Shown: in pieces, positions 40,335 through 54,483 of the stretch
How the letters are laid out: each line of letters starts with the position of its first letter
Numbering within the stretch: the first letter of the stretch is position 1
Assembly (NCBI GenBank): GCA_951406725.2
Contig: OX597817.1
Coordinates: 52,948,001-53,012,000 of the forward strand
DNA: 64,000 nucleotides
Origin: Octopus vulgaris
Taxonomy: Eukaryota
Direction: 5' to 3'
Notes under the pieces: generated by a model
Databases searched by the model: none
What the model was told of the DNA's origin: nothing
The model's input: the letters and a program-made list of their open reading frames with translations, nothing else
Program-made: the position numbers and the translations under genes

Positions 40335-40635
40335 ATGTGTATGACTAACGCCACAGGAAGAATTATAATATTTGTAAAACCGGTTCATATTTAATCCTTT
40401 GAAATAGAAGAACCTAAACAAGAATTGGTCAGATTTTCCACCAAGAAAGAAGAATATTGTTAAAAAATAGGTTAAAGGAATTAAATCTACTCTGCGAGAT
40501 GAATGGAATTTAGTTCTCGGGTTCTTGGGTACTTCAGTTCGTTTTAAAGATCATGGTCAAAGTTATGCAAGTGTAACGTCTTCGGAGAAAATTCTAAAAA
40601 TAAAGCCCATCCGTCCATAGAATTTCTCTTTCTCC

Positions 40636-40682
<47 letters not shown>

Positions 40683-41066
40683 ATTCAGTCTTTGTTTCTA
40701 TGTATCTAATTCTCCTCACCTCTTAGCACTCTTCTCTGTGTGTAATCCCCCTTTCTGTCTGTTTATCTTCCTTCATCTCTCTCAGTCAGTTTTTTTTACT
40801 TTCTAATATATCTCTCTCTTTCTCCCTCTCTCCCTCTTTTTTCTCATTCTCTCCTTCCCTCTCTTTCTTCCCCTCTCTTGTTTGCTCCAAAGCAAATGGC
40901 ATTAAGCGGTTTTAGATAACAGGAGGTTATTTACGACTTAACACGACAAACGGGAAGTCACCGACGTGATTGTTGAACAGCAGAAACGGGAAATCTACGA
41001 CCATTACTTCAAAGCTTACACACACACGAGTGCGCGCGCACTTATACACACGCATGTATTTATCTA

Positions 41067-41420
41067 CTAGCAGTATCGCCCGGCGTTACTCGGGTTTGTT
41101 TCGATCCTTTAGATTTGGAATTTTTGAAAAGTAAAAATTTTGCATTATGTAGCTTGTTATTCTCTTTAAGTGAGCATTTTTCTAGTTGAAATACACCGAA
41201 AAATGGCGACACAACAGTCAAAAGATCGTAAAAAATAAGGATTTTCATAGAAAAAAAGCACCTTTTTGATGTAAATAATTTTTGGTGTTAACATGGTCCA
41301 ATTTGAATTTTATATTCTACGAAAGGAAGAGCAAGCCTTCTTCTATCATACTCTCAATTCTATCATACTCTCAAAGTTGTCTGCCATACACAGACAACTT
41401 CAGCTTTATGTATAGAGAGA
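41067..41420 (-). mobile_element. Non-autonomous Helitron, family 1 (second copy)
   Basis: Reverse complement of 31164-31550, with TC start, GC hairpin, CTAG end and A^T target. Confidence 0.85.
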
Positions 41421-41676
41421 TGTGTGTGCATGAGCATGCGTGTGTGTGTGTGTGTATGTGTATGTGTGTGTGTGCGCGCGCGTGTATTATATAAAAAAAA
41501 TGACAGTCACCTCTGGTTTCGCTCTTAGCTAATCACGGCTGTCAGTTGTGATCAGCCAAGGGCGAAACTCCAGTAAACTATCATATTTTGTTTTTTCTTT
41601 ATATATTTAATCAGCACATGTTTGTACTCTATCCAACGTACGTGTGTGTATGTATCCGTGTGTCTGTGTTCGTATA

Positions 41677-41988
41677 CGAGGTGTAGCCAAAAAGTATCCG
41701 ATCTTTGGCTAAAAAACAAGTAATATTAAAAGAAACCATTTTGATTTAGTCTCCTTCAAAGAATTCGCCTTGGAAGTCTACACACTTCCGCCAGCGTTCC
41801 TGCCACAGCAAGAAACATTTCTGGAAATCACATTTTGGGACGCTGTAGAGCTGTAGCGTCGAATGTTGCTTAATGTCTTCTGTTAACTCAAATCTTCTCC
41901 CTTTGAGTATTTTTTTCTAGCTTTGGAAATAGCCAAAAGTCACATAGACCTAAGTCTGGGGAGTAAGAAGCCTGACGAACAAGTGGTG
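41677..41988 (-). mobile_element. Mariner 3' fragment (transposase C-terminus plus one TIR)
   Basis: Minus translation SYSPDLGLCDFWLFPKL / LKGRRF...DFQKCFLLWQERWRKCVDFQGEFFEGD-stop (one frameshift). TA-cgaggtgtagccaaaaagtatccg terminus. Confidence 0.8.
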
Positions 41989-42070
41989 TTACAGTTCTAT
42001 ATTTAAGAGATGAGGAATTATTTACATTATTTACATTTGACGGATATTTGTCCTCATTTTGTTTGTTGTT

Positions 42071-42116
42071 AACACAACATTTCGGCTGATATACTCTCCA
42101 GCCTTCTTCAGGCGTC
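42071..42116 (-). ncRNA. Degenerate minimal hammerhead (Penelope-like)
   Basis: acgc CTGAAGA a ggctg-gagagtatat-cagcc GAAAtGTT gtgt. Confidence 0.55.
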
Positions 42117-42188
42117 TTGGGGAAATTTCGAACCTAGCGTGTAGAAATTGCCTGTTATAGGTAATTTCTCTAGTATTTAAATGTACAC

Positions 42189-42226
<38 letters not shown>

Positions 42227-42465
42227 CACCGTGATCACTGTGACCGACCAGGCTATCAGATGTTGCTACACATTGCCTTCAAATGACGCCGCCTCGCTGA
42301 GAAAGTTGTGGCGAAAGAGTACAGTAGGGATTGCCACCACCCCCTGCTGGAGCCTTGTGGAGCTTTAGGTGTTTTCGCTTAATAAACAGTCACAACACCC
42401 GGTCTGGGAATCGTAACCGCGATCCTATAACCGCGTGTCCGCTGCCCTAACCACTGGGCCATTGC

Positions 42466-42561
<96 letters not shown>

Positions 42562-42965
42562 ATCTATGTATACAAACATAAACATAAAAAATGAAACGAA
42601 GTAGAAAAGAGATTTAAAAAAATGAAAAATAGCACATTAATTTTAGCAAAAAACATTTTATTGTATCGTTCCACAAGATATTAAAATCAAGATTCGGTTG
42701 TGACAGGAAGATTAAAAGAATATATCATGGACGACACCAACAATGACATTACGAAGAAATAACAAGCAACTATTACAGCAATAACGACAATAGTAACAGA
42801 AAGAATAGCACTTTGGTGAACAATGACAACAGTATAAAAAGACAATAGAAAAAACTATAAAAACGTTTTTATTGGTGAATATAAATTACAAGTTTACGAC
42901 TTTCTGAACGGAAGAGAAAAAATTGTAAAACGAAAGAAAGCAATAATGGTGTCATAAAAGTATCA

Positions 42966-42996
<31 letters not shown>

Positions 42997-43636
42997 CATA
43001 CATGCATATATATAGTCCTTGCCTTCGTAACATGGAGTTGATGAAACGGGGACAACTGAAGAATGGGAATATTTTTTATGTTGTATGTCTCGTTTCTCTG
43101 TTTTTTCTTCGTATTGATTTTGTTTTTATGTTTTCGTTTCTCATTATGTTCAACGTTTTTTGATGTCCAGTACCCATATATGTATGCATATATACATATA
43201 TATATGTAGGTATGTACATATATGTATGCATATATGCATATATTTATATATTATTTATATTATATATATATATATATAAATAATATATAAATATGATTTT
43301 ATTCCCTCAAATAATAATAATATTAGGTGTTTTGGCGTTCAGACGAGTGTACTGGCATAGATGTGGCAACATTTGAAATTTTGTCTAGGTATATGCAGCT
43401 GATGAAGACAAATCAAATCTACGTTGTCAAACGTATTTGAAGAGTCTGCATTATCCGTTTCTAGGTTTTTCATTTTTCAGATGTTCTTCCTAGAGGTAAG
43501 ACAAATTTTTTTCATGTTTGTTGCACACACACGTCTTTGCTAGTATATACGCAGTGAAGCTATACAATAGCGTCGTATTTATTACGATCGCTATTTTCCA
43601 GTAAATCGGTACCTCGTTGTACCATTTATTTATCTA

Positions 43637-43686
<50 letters not shown>

Positions 43687-43904
43687 CTGGATGAATTGCA
43701 TATGAGTGCTAAATAATAATGTATGGATATATATATATATATATATTGTTATTATCATATTATGAATTCATCATGTTCATATTATTATTGATATTAATAT
43801 CTATGTTAAAAAAATGTATTTTCCATGTTGTATTGAAACAGTTGTAACTACAGAATTAAAAGCAATATTATAAATTCCATTCTTTGTTTTAATATGTATG
43901 TATA

Positions 43905-43985
<81 letters not shown>

Positions 43986-44071
43986 AGAGTTTACGAAAAC
44001 AACAAAAGACGAAGACAGGTGGTGTACAAAACAAACAGATGTATTAGTATAACGCTCAGGAATAGACAAAG

Positions 44072-44109
44072 TCTTTTACGTTTCGAGCCTGTGCTCTTCT
44101 ACAGAAAGG
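44072..44109 (-). ncRNA. Minimal hammerhead-like motif with variant core CUGUAGA
   Basis: cttt CTGTAGA a gagc-acag-gctc GAAACGT a aaag. Confidence 0.5.
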
Positions 44110-44166
44110 GACACAGAAAAAACAAGGAGAGAAAAAAATGTGTGTAGTGGCTAACGATCTATCATG

Positions 44167-44202
<36 letters not shown>

Positions 44203-45220
44203 TTGTTTTAATATATGTATGTACATATGCATGCATACACATGTATTCATATATGCATATGCGTGTATATATATATGTATATATTTATATGTGTGTGCGT
44301 GCGTGTGTGTGTATGTAAAACCGCTTATCTATCACCTGCGATACCAGGTGAATCCACATTGCGGCAAGAAACGCAATGAAGAGCAGGTTTGTTCCATTCT
44401 ACACTTTACCGAGGCCGATTGTGGAGACAGGGCCGAAAAATGCGTTTTAAAAGAAACAAGCATAACCATTAATGGCAGTGTCCCCGCATGGTTACTGCTC
44501 CTGATTGAAACCAACAAGAGAACGAAAGAAAAGAATATAAGTGCATACATAGTTACATACACATTTACGAGTATATATATACTTACAATAGAATATATAT
44601 GCATAATACTTACAAAATATACGTTTCTTTCACCGTTTTGAACCCACCTTCATCGTATTTTTCCCGTGATTTCTCTTATTCTTTTGTCCTGATTTGTAAC
44701 TTGTATAGTTTGTTTTGTTTTGTTTGTTCCTTCTCGAGCCACGCCTGGCTAATAAGGGCCGGTTTCCCGGTTTCCTTAACGTATAGGTTCCCCACCTGGA
44801 TGGGACACTGGTCCGTCGCAGGTGAGCTGCAAGATGCAGGAGGAAAGAGTGAGAGAAAGTTGTGGTGAAAGAGTCAGCAGAAGTTCGCCATTACCTTCTG
44901 CCAGAGCGGCTTGGAGCTTAGGTGTTTCGCTCATAAACACACACATCACTCGATCTGAGATTCGAACCCGTGATCCGTCGACCGTGAGTCCGCTGCTCTA
45001 ACCACTAGGCCATGTGCCTCCATTGTATAGGACATGTGTCCAGACTCTGAAGATTTCTTGGAGACACAAGGCGTATTTTTAAACCTGCCTAGATAAGATC
45101 CTCAATGAAGTATGAAACTTTTGGTAGCTCATAACTATTTACTGTGCTCATTAAACAGTACTTATGTCTCACCTTATGGAGTACTGTTTTCGTTGATATT
45201 ACCTTAACGGAACTGTAAAC

Positions 45221-45326
45221 TATGTATGTATGTATGTATGTATGTATGTATGTATGTATGTATGTATGTATGTATGTATGTATGTATGTATGTATGTATG
45301 TGTGTGTATGTATGTATCTGTGTGCG

Positions 45327-45358
<32 letters not shown>

Positions 45359-45558
45359 TGTATGTATGTATGTATGTATGTATGTGTATGTGTGTGTGTA
45401 TGTATGTATGTATCTGTGTGTGAGTGTGTATGTATGTATCTATGTGCGTATGTGTGTGTATGTATGTATGTATTGTATGTATGTATGTATGTATGTATGT
45501 ATGTATGTATGTATGTATGTATGTATGTATGTATGTATGTATGTATGTATATGTATAT
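45221..45558. repeat. (TATG)n microsatellite
   Basis: Direct reading. Confidence 0.95.
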
Positions 45559-45559
45559 G

Positions 45560-45963
45560 GGGAACTTGTTAGTGGAAAGAGACCCCACCAGAAACCAAGG
45601 CTGCGATTTAAGGACTGAGTCAAGTCCTTATTAAAGGCCTGTGATATGCAGGAGACCGACTGGGAGAGCAATGCTTGTCATCGCCACAGATTGAAGAAGC
45701 AGGTTAAGGAGCGGGGTTCGACACCTTTGAGAGAGCACGTATTCTGCTTGAAGAATTTAAGCGTGCTGCTCGAAAACGCACTGCTGGAGTAGTGAACGGG
45801 GAAAGCTTGGTTTGCAATGTTTGCAGTCATGTATACTTGTCAAGAGCCGGGCTCATTAGCCACCAACAGAGCCGCAAATGCAAAATATAAGTTAGTCCTA
45901 AATCTCACAATATTCCTAAACGTCAACAATGGTCTTCCTCGGTCACGAGTGGACGGCCATCAT
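45560..45963 (+). mobile_element. RTE-clade LINE 3' end in (ATGT)n
   Basis: GKRPHQKPRLRFKD, a degenerate C2H2-like tail, and a 3' stem-loop ctcg-gtca-cgag then gccatcat plus ATGT repeats. Confidence 0.6.
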
Positions 45964-46047
45964 TATGAATGTATGTATGTATGTATGTATGTATGTATGT
46001 ATGTATGTATGTATGTATGTATGTATGTATGTATGTATGTATGTATA

Positions 46048-46243
46048 AACGACATGCAAAGGTACATGAAGCCCAGTTACAACTACAGCCAGCCGGCTAT
46101 TGCCGGTAAAGGTTTTAGCTGCCAATTCTGTACAAGACATTGTAGATCTTTAGCTGGGCTAAAAAGTCACATTCGATCACAGCACCAATAACAGTTAAGC
46201 TTCGTGCAATGGCCATACTCGATAACGAGGGGGCAGCCATCAT
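46048..46243 (+). mobile_element. Second RTE-clade LINE 3' end
   Basis: FSCQFCTRHCRSLAGLKSHIRSQH-stop zinc-knuckle tail. 3' ctcg-ataa-cgag...gccatcatgtatg. Confidence 0.6.
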
Positions 46244-46989
46244 GTATGTATGCATTTAAGGTCATGTCACACTCATTTATGCTTGATATTTCTGTCATGC
46301 TGTAGAAATATGAGACGGTGAGTGAAGTAGCAGGTAAAAAGGGAGAAAATAAAGGAATAAATGAATGAACGAGCGAACGAATGAATGAGAGTGAGGGTAA
46401 GGTCACAAAAATGTCGAGGGTGAGATAAAGAAGGGAGTGGAAGAGATTCTGGGTGGGTAGAAATGGAGAGGGAATTTATATTCAGTTCAAGAAAGGAAAT
46501 AAAGAAACAAAGAAAAGGGCAAAAAAAAAAACGTGGTGGTAGAAGAGAAGGCTTCAGAGAGTGGAAAAGGTGCAGTAAAGAGAAATAAATAGCAACCTAA
46601 AAATGGTTTGGGGTAGTTTCTACTTGGTCGCTCGACTTACGAGAAATGTGAGCTAAATGTGAGACACACACACACACACAGACACACCCAGGCATACACA
46701 CAGACACACACAGGCATACACACACACACTCACACATACACATATGCATACACACTTTTACACACACACACACACGTATGCACATACACATATATATCCA
46801 TATCAATGTCTGTCAATCACTCTGCATATAGGCATATACACATACATACACACATCTATATGCAAATGCGTGCGTGTGTGTGGTTTGGTGTGGTGTGGTG
46901 TGTGTGTCTTTGCGTGCGTGCGTGTGTGTGGTTTGGTGTGGTGTGGTGTGTGTCTTTGCGTGCGTGCGTGTGTCTGTGCGTGTGTGTGT

Positions 46990-47280
46990 AGGCCTTAAAG
47001 TGAACTGCATGTAAACAAAATACACGCAGGTCGAAAACGCAGCACAAGGTCGAATAGAGGTAGGAAACAATGCAATGGAGGAAGTAAAGGGTCATGTCTG
47101 CTTAAGGCACATAGTGAACATGCACAGAGATATGAACGCTAAAAATGAGTGGGAAAAGCCCAGCATGTCAGTCTCTTTAATAGCACCGTCCTACCAGCGT
47201 TCTGATACGAAAGCAAGGCGTGGGCCACTACGAAGTGGGACGAATATCGATTGGCTGCGAACACGTTGAACCACATAAAG
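46990..47280 (+). mobile_element. Degenerate RTE RT remnant
   Basis: GLKVN..TKY and MEEVKGHVCLRHIV resemble GLK.N..KTK and IE.V..Y.YLG motifs. Confidence 0.45.
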
Positions 47281-47812
47281 ATCGATGTACACCCATCATG
47301 ACTACCCGTCCGATAAGGTTACACCAGTTACATGCATCACAACCATATGTGACCGACATGGTGATCTCATATCAAGATAAACAGCGCATGACCTTGCAGG
47401 TGAGGCCCAGTTAGAATTGTCTTGAGGTTGAGGAGTCCATCCCGCTCAAAAGAACCATGAATAAGGTTTGTTTAAGGATGAACAAAACACCCATATTTCC
47501 AGAGCTGAATTATTCAAACATCAAAGAATTCTTTTCAATGCATGGCTATGATGCTCCCCAACTACTTCTGCTCGTGATCAGCCACCGAGGGAGGAATGCT
47601 CGACTGGTTAAGGTCAAATAACTGACAAGCAAATCTATGATATTGAGCAGAATATTTGTTGTAACTCATCTTTTATTTCAAGACAAAACATGTACACGAT
47701 AACTCTTTCAATCTGTTAAGATCAGAAACTACAAGAGCCAGTATTGCAACGGGGCTAGCTCAACTGGTTACGGTCAAACAATTGACACACAAAACTCAAC
47801 TGGTAAAGGTCA

Positions 47813-47876
<64 letters not shown>

Positions 47877-48090
47877 TTATTGTCTTTGCACAGCTTCTAA
47901 CGCTGGAGATGTACTACGATGTCAGCTGTACACTACCAGTAACACCCCTTATTTTTCGAGCACCAATCGAAGTATTCGAGCGGTTCCAAGAAGTGCTGTT
48001 TTCTGAAAGTGCTCCACCCTTAATGCAGCCCCTATTTGTTCCACGTAATCTCAAGATTTTTTTCTTACTGTTCCTAGGGCTCCGACAATT
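47877..48090 (-). mobile_element. R4/Dong-like LINE 3' end in (TAA)n
   Basis: Minus translation IVGALGTVRKNLE / FQKTALLGTARILRLVLEK-stop. Flanked on both sides by TAA repeats. Confidence 0.75.
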
Positions 48091-48094
48091 ATTA

Positions 48095-48146
<52 letters not shown>

Positions 48147-48226
48147 CATTATTCTTCTTCTTCTTCTTCTTCTTCTTCTTCTTCTTCTTCTTCTTCTTCT
48201 TCTTCTTCTTCTTCTTCTTCTTCTAC

Positions 48227-48275
<49 letters not shown>

Positions 48276-48279
<4 letters not shown>

Positions 48280-48423
48280 TAGTTTTATTTTTATAGTGTG
48301 CTTTCACTTCACTACCGAGCGCAGCTCTGTGTGCCTTGGGTATGTGCTATGATTTGTTGTGATGCTCTGATGGTTATTGTATGGAAAGTGTTCTGCGTAG
48401 GATGTGTGGGGTGCCTAGTAGTG
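48276..48423 (-). mobile_element. Second R4/Dong-like LINE 3' end
   Basis: Minus translation LLGTPHILRRTLSIQ-stop. The 3' UTR runs directly into (TAA)n. Confidence 0.65.
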
Positions 48424-48995
48424 ACTCCAGTACTCAACTGGTAGGTATTTATTTTATCAACCTCGGAAAGATAAAAGGCAAAGTCAACCTGGACGAAATT
48501 TAAATTCAGAACGTAAAGAACCGGAAGAAATGCTGCTAAGCATTTCGTCCGGCATCCTAGCGATTCCGCTCGCTCGTCTCCTTATCACTGTTCTACATAC
48601 TGTCATCTGCCTTTCGTAGAACCTGGAATCGGTCACAGATACATTTTAAAATTTGGAATGCACAACTAAGGTGGCAGAACCGGTAGCACGCCAGACAAAA
48701 TGCTTAGCAGCATTTCATCCGTCTTCACATTCCGAGTTCAAATTCTGCCGGAGTCGACTTTACCTTTAATCCTTTCGGAATCGATAAAGTAAGTACCAGT
48801 AGAACACTGGTGTCGATGTAGTCGACTTAGGCTCATACTAAAAACTGTTGGCTTTGAATCAAAATCTGAAGTTAAAATGCACAGCCGTTTTATTTATAAT
48901 TCGTATTTGTCAAGACTTTGTGTGCCAAGTTTAAAAGCCCTTATATAAAGAAATATAGGTGATGTTTTAAATATATAGGAGCTTATATATATATG

Positions 48996-49044
<49 letters not shown>

Positions 49045-49047
49045 TTT

Positions 49048-49438
49048 CTTTTACTTGTTTCAGTCATTTAACTGCGGCCATGCTGGAACACCACCTTTAG
49101 TCGATCAAATCGACCCCGGGACTTATTCTTTGTAAGCCCAGTACTTATTCTATCGGTCTCTTTTGCCGAACCGCTAAGTGACGGGGACGTAAACACACCA
49201 GCATCGGTTGTCAAGCAATGCTAGGGGGACAAACACAGACATACACACACACACACATATATATACATATATACGACAGGCTTCTTTCAGTTTCCGTCTA
49301 CCAAATCCACTCACAAGGCATTGGTCGGCCCGGGGCTATAGTAGAAGACATTTGCCCAAGATGCCACGCAGTGGGACTGAACCCGGAACCATGTGGTTGG
49401 TTAGCAAGCTACTTACCACACAGCCACTCCTGCGCCTA
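49048..49438 (-). mobile_element. SINE family A copy
   Basis: Reverse complement of the 19777-20202 family. Confidence 0.85.
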
Positions 49439-49654
49439 TATATGTAATTAAATTAAAAATAATAAGGGTGAAAAATTGAATATTAACTTGATTAATATCA
49501 ATTTAAAACCAGTGGTCTAGCATATTAAAATCTGAAGATTCAGAAAAATTATATTACATACATATAAGAGGATGACCACTACGTGGACATCTATTATGCT
49601 AGAAGTAGATCCGTTATGCTCTTACCACTAAGAAAGGAATGTCGAGAACATTCC

Positions 49655-49845
<191 letters not shown>

Positions 49846-52204
49846 TGTGTATGTGTGAAGGCGCGTGGCTTAGTGGTTGGGGCATTCAGCTCACAATCGT
49901 AAAGTCGTGAGTTCAAATTCTGCCGATATTTTATTTCACGTTGCTCCAGTCCACTCAGCTGACAAAAATGAGTTGTACCTGTATTTCAAGGGCCAGCCTT
50001 GTCACACTGAATCTCCCTGAGAACTACGTTAAGGATACATGTGTCTGTGGACTGCTCAGCTACTTGCACGTTAATTTCACGATCAAGCTGTTCCGTTGAT
50101 CGTATCAGCTGGGACTCTCGACGTCGTAACCGACGGAGTGCTCCTATATATATATATATATATATATAGCACAAAGCATAAATAGAAGCACACAGTTTTA
50201 TTGGAATGCTATTTGTTTTGCCTGTCTGTATACCAAGTCCTGTAATCTAGTTTTCAACTTCTATGCGTCATAAATGGTTTATCTTAAATTACTTTTATAT
50301 GCCTCAAACGACGCTTGCTTTCGAATTTTACATAAAAAATAACGCTAAAATATTTCAACCAACGCAAAATGTCAGTTATTCAATATTGCTGGCAGTAGAA
50401 TGTAAATATATTTAAATTTTTCTATGAAAATTGTCTCTCAAAACTATTGAAAAGGTTGCAAGACGCAACGAAAATTTTAGGAAAATAAAAATAAGAAAAA
50501 AGTGGAAATTTTACCGGTGAGTGTGTTACATAATAAGGCACAACAAGAAAATGACTCTCCCCAGACACAACAGAATATGCTTCAACACACGAACTCATTT
50601 AAAGAATCTTGCAAACCAAATCCAAAAAAGGAATAAAGCAAAATAATAAAAACAACCATGAGTAACATTTTATCACATATTTATTTGATTTTTTCCCCAG
50701 TTATTTATACATGACATATCTGAATAAAATTATGCATAAAGATAATTTTTGAATGCATCAAGTCAAAATTAAAGGGTTTTTTTTTGTTGCTTCACTGTAT
50801 AAAGTTTACCACATTTCTTTTTGTAATTTTTTTGGAGATTTTCGTGAGATTTTTGAATAAATAAGGCGAAAACATTTACATTATTTCATAAAATACTTTA
50901 TATTCATCGCCTTGTTATTTCATGAAACACATTTAACGTAGTTTTTGTTTTTCATGTCATGTAAAATTGACTGGATATTTCGTTACTTAATTAAGTTATG
51001 AATTGGATACAAATGAAATATTTATTTCAATAAAAATGTCAATATATATTTAAAGAAAAATGCACTTTTTTCAACTTCACACTTTGAACTTTTTATGTAT
51101 TTATAACTAGTAATAATGTTTCTTAAAAAATGTAATAAAAATTAGTAGATAGATAGATAGGTAGATAAGAAATAATTAAGGTTCAGTTGAATTAGGGACT
51201 TAAATTGAGGCACCAAGCGAGTTCGGTATAATCCGCGCAGCTTGAAGTTCGGTGAATAAAATGCAAATAAGTAACAAAGGTGTCCGGCATTCTGCGACAA
51301 AAAATAGCAAAGGGAAATAATGTAATTATTTTAATCTCTTGTACTGATGAAAATTTGCTAAAAAAATAATGGTTTATCCTTTATGTTGGAAATCTGTATG
51401 GTCGTCTGTGTCCGAGGAGAGCGGTTTATTTCAAATTGATGTAATGTTTTTATTGATCGATTTAATGTAACTCCTTGAAACGGCCGTAATGCATTGATAC
51501 CTGGACTTCCTTGTTACTTATTTGCTTTTTAGATATGTAGATAGATAAATCTCTGCATTTCATTTCCTTTTTTATTTGGCTCTCATCAAATAATTTTCGT
51601 TACGAATACTTAACATATCACATGTAGAGAGCATGTATCCATAGCTATTCATACAAATACAATTATATTAAATTTTGCTCCCACATTTTCATTTTTCACT
51701 CAACTTTCATTTCATACATATTTTACCTCTAATGTTTCTCTTTCCTTTTACTAGCTATTGAATACAAACACCGACCATTTCCATTGTCTTTCTTTTGTAT
51801 TATTCTTTAGAGATAATGGAGTCCACCATTAAAATTTATTTATTCAATACTAGATGCCTCTACCATGATTTTAAATGATTAATATCTCTTCAAATAAAAT
51901 TTGAAAAGCCATAATTGATGAAACTTCAAAGTTACTGTCATCTTTTTATGTTATTTTTATTCTTAATGTCGTCATCGTCATCATCATCCTCATCATTATT
52001 ATTATAGAGTCCCGTTCCTGGCGCAACTATGAATTATAGTGAGGCGTTCAAATTTCCAATGTTAATGAAAAAATATTTATCTACAAATGAAATGAGTTAA
52101 TTCTTTCTTTGAGGTAGTCATACAGAGTACACTAAATTTAGACACACACACGCACACACAGACACAGACACAGACACACACACACACACACGCTCTCGCT
52201 CTCC

Positions 52205-52261
<57 letters not shown>

Positions 52262-52684
52262 CATATACATACATATATATCTATATATATATATGAACAT
52301 AATAACGCACATACATACATGAACTCATATATACATTCATGCGTATGTGTGAGTGTGTGTGTGTACGTACGCGTGTGTGTGAGTGTGTGTATGCACATCT
52401 ATGCATATATTATACACACATATACTTTGTAACAAGAGAAGAAGTACCCAATATCTATTGTCATAAAGCTTCAGCGACCACACACGGTGGCTGCTGAAAA
52501 ATGTTCAATTATAAAATGATTATAAAGAACGATCTTGTACAATGGTATATGAATATAAACTCGGCCACTTGATGTTGGTGTCCGGAACAGAAAAAAAATG
52601 TTGTGATAGATAGATAGATAAATGGATAGATGGATAGATAGATGCATACATACAAACATACAAACATACATACATACATATATA

Positions 52685-53090
52685 CGATTTGGGATAGAGA
52701 AGAGAAACTGTGCACAGTTGTGGAAATTAGCTGCCCAGCATATGTCAACATAAAGCTGAAGATCAGGGAAAAAGAGAACAGCTATGCTGAACTATTGAGG
52801 AATCTGCAGTTACTCTATCCAGATTACAAGTTCAGGTTTATACCTGTAATTATTGGAGCCTTGGGATATGTAACACACTGCATAAATACCAATCTTGAGA
52901 AATTAGGCTTCTGAAAACCAGAAAGGAGAAAGCTAATTCGAAGACTACACATCCAATCCATCACTGGAATTGTAAAAATCTGTAAAACTTTCCTGAAGTT
53001 TTTCATTTAGATCCATATGAGCATGTTTAGATATGCAACTATATGCATGAGAATACATACATAAAACATACAAATCTGCACATATATACA
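52685..53090 (+). mobile_element. RLE-type (R4-like) LINE 3' fragment in (TACA)n
   Basis: IWDREEKLCTVVEISCP...REKENSYAEL...FIPVIIGALG is the C-terminal part of a restriction-like endonuclease. TACA repeats lie on both sides. Confidence 0.75.
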
Positions 53091-53288
53091 CACATACATA
53101 CAGACAAACAAAAATATCCTGTTCATGTTGAAATTCCAATGAAGGAGCCTTGGATCTAGGTTAGAAACCTGTTCTTTTTCTATTGGCAAGGAATCTTGAA
53201 ATAAATTGAATAATGCATACATATATACACACATACATAATACATATATATGCACACACACATGCACACATATATACCTATATGCATG

Positions 53289-53324
<36 letters not shown>

Positions 53325-53550
53325 AGTGCATATATGTATACTTGCATCCATTAAGAGCATTTAACGAAAGAAAAGCACAGAGAACCAAATAAAGAGGGAA
53401 TTGATTAAATTTGGTAATCTAATATGGTTAACTACAGACATTTTCTTTGCTCAAGAGGGTTAGGGGTCGCACATACATGCATAATGCGTAGGTATACATA
53501 TATATATATATATATATATATGCATATATGCATGTATATATATATGTGTG

Positions 53551-53603
<53 letters not shown>

Positions 53604-53778
53604 TGTGCGTATGCGTACGTTCCTGGCGAATTTAGCAATGGTGAGATTTCGATGAAATTATATATATGTATAGATACATCCACATAGGTACATTATATAT
53701 GTATGTATGTACATTATATATACATGTATTTATGTATAAATGTATTACATCTATATCTATATCTATATCTATATATAT

Positions 53779-53812
53779 CTGTTGAAGAGCGTAGGCTCGA
53801 AACGTAAAAGAC
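53779..53812 (+). ncRNA. Minimal hammerhead-like motif (5' stem I strand lost)
   Basis: CTGTTGA a gagc-gtag-gctc GAAACGT a aaaga, abutting (TA)n. Confidence 0.45.
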
Positions 53813-54360
53813 TTGTTTTATTTATATTCCTGAGCGCCATACTAATACAATTGTTTGTTTGTATTCCACCTGCCTTCGTCTTTTGTTTATTTTCATAAAG
53901 CTTCCCGTTATATATATATATATATATATGTACTTCTAATATAGGATAAAATTTCTTCAAAAAATTTCATCAAGTGGCCAGCATATTAAAATACCTTTTA
54001 AGGTGAAAATTACAAACAATTATAAATAAGGACAAAAGAAAAAAAAAATCTATGCCAGTATGCTGAGAAATAGACTTTAAATCGTCAATCACCACATACA
54101 ATATACATCACTACAAAATACACGCCGTGCTGAATCGGGGTAAGCAAGATAACAGAAATTTTTTCAGAAATAAATTTATTACCATTCACTTCGAGACTAG
54201 TGACCACTCTAAGTTGTGGTTCCTGACCGATTTACACGTGTGCTGAGGCTCGCTATGGAATTTATATTTAGATATATTTGGGGTACTTGTGTGTGCACAT
54301 AATTTTTTACTTCACCTTTTTTCCATGGGTGCTTGTAAGTATTTCATCTATTTCTTATCG

Positions 54361-54424
54361 TGTTCTCTGCTGATGAGGCGGAAAATCCGTTTGATTAATC
54401 CAGAAATTGATTCAATATAGAGAT
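54361..54424 (+). ncRNA. Type I hammerhead ribozyme motif (Penelope-like)
   Basis: Stem I tctctg/tagaga, core CTGATGA, stem II region gg...cc, GAAA, palindromic stem III attga-t-tcaat, cleavage triplet AUA. Confidence 0.65.
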
Positions 54425-54483
54425 AACGCTTTTTAAAAAAATTCTGTTAGCTTGCTTTCCTCGATTCAGTACGACGTGTATTT

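Noticed and set aside
40563-40593. Alternative last SLC22 exon (V-IFSEDVTLA-stop, minus strand)
   Set aside because: Phase-compatible, but the acceptor is weaker and 16 kb away. The 55556 acceptor is a better candidate.
46108-46191. C2H2 zinc-finger gene exon
   Set aside because: Single knuckle followed by a LINE-type 3' end and microsatellite, typical of an RTE ORF tail.
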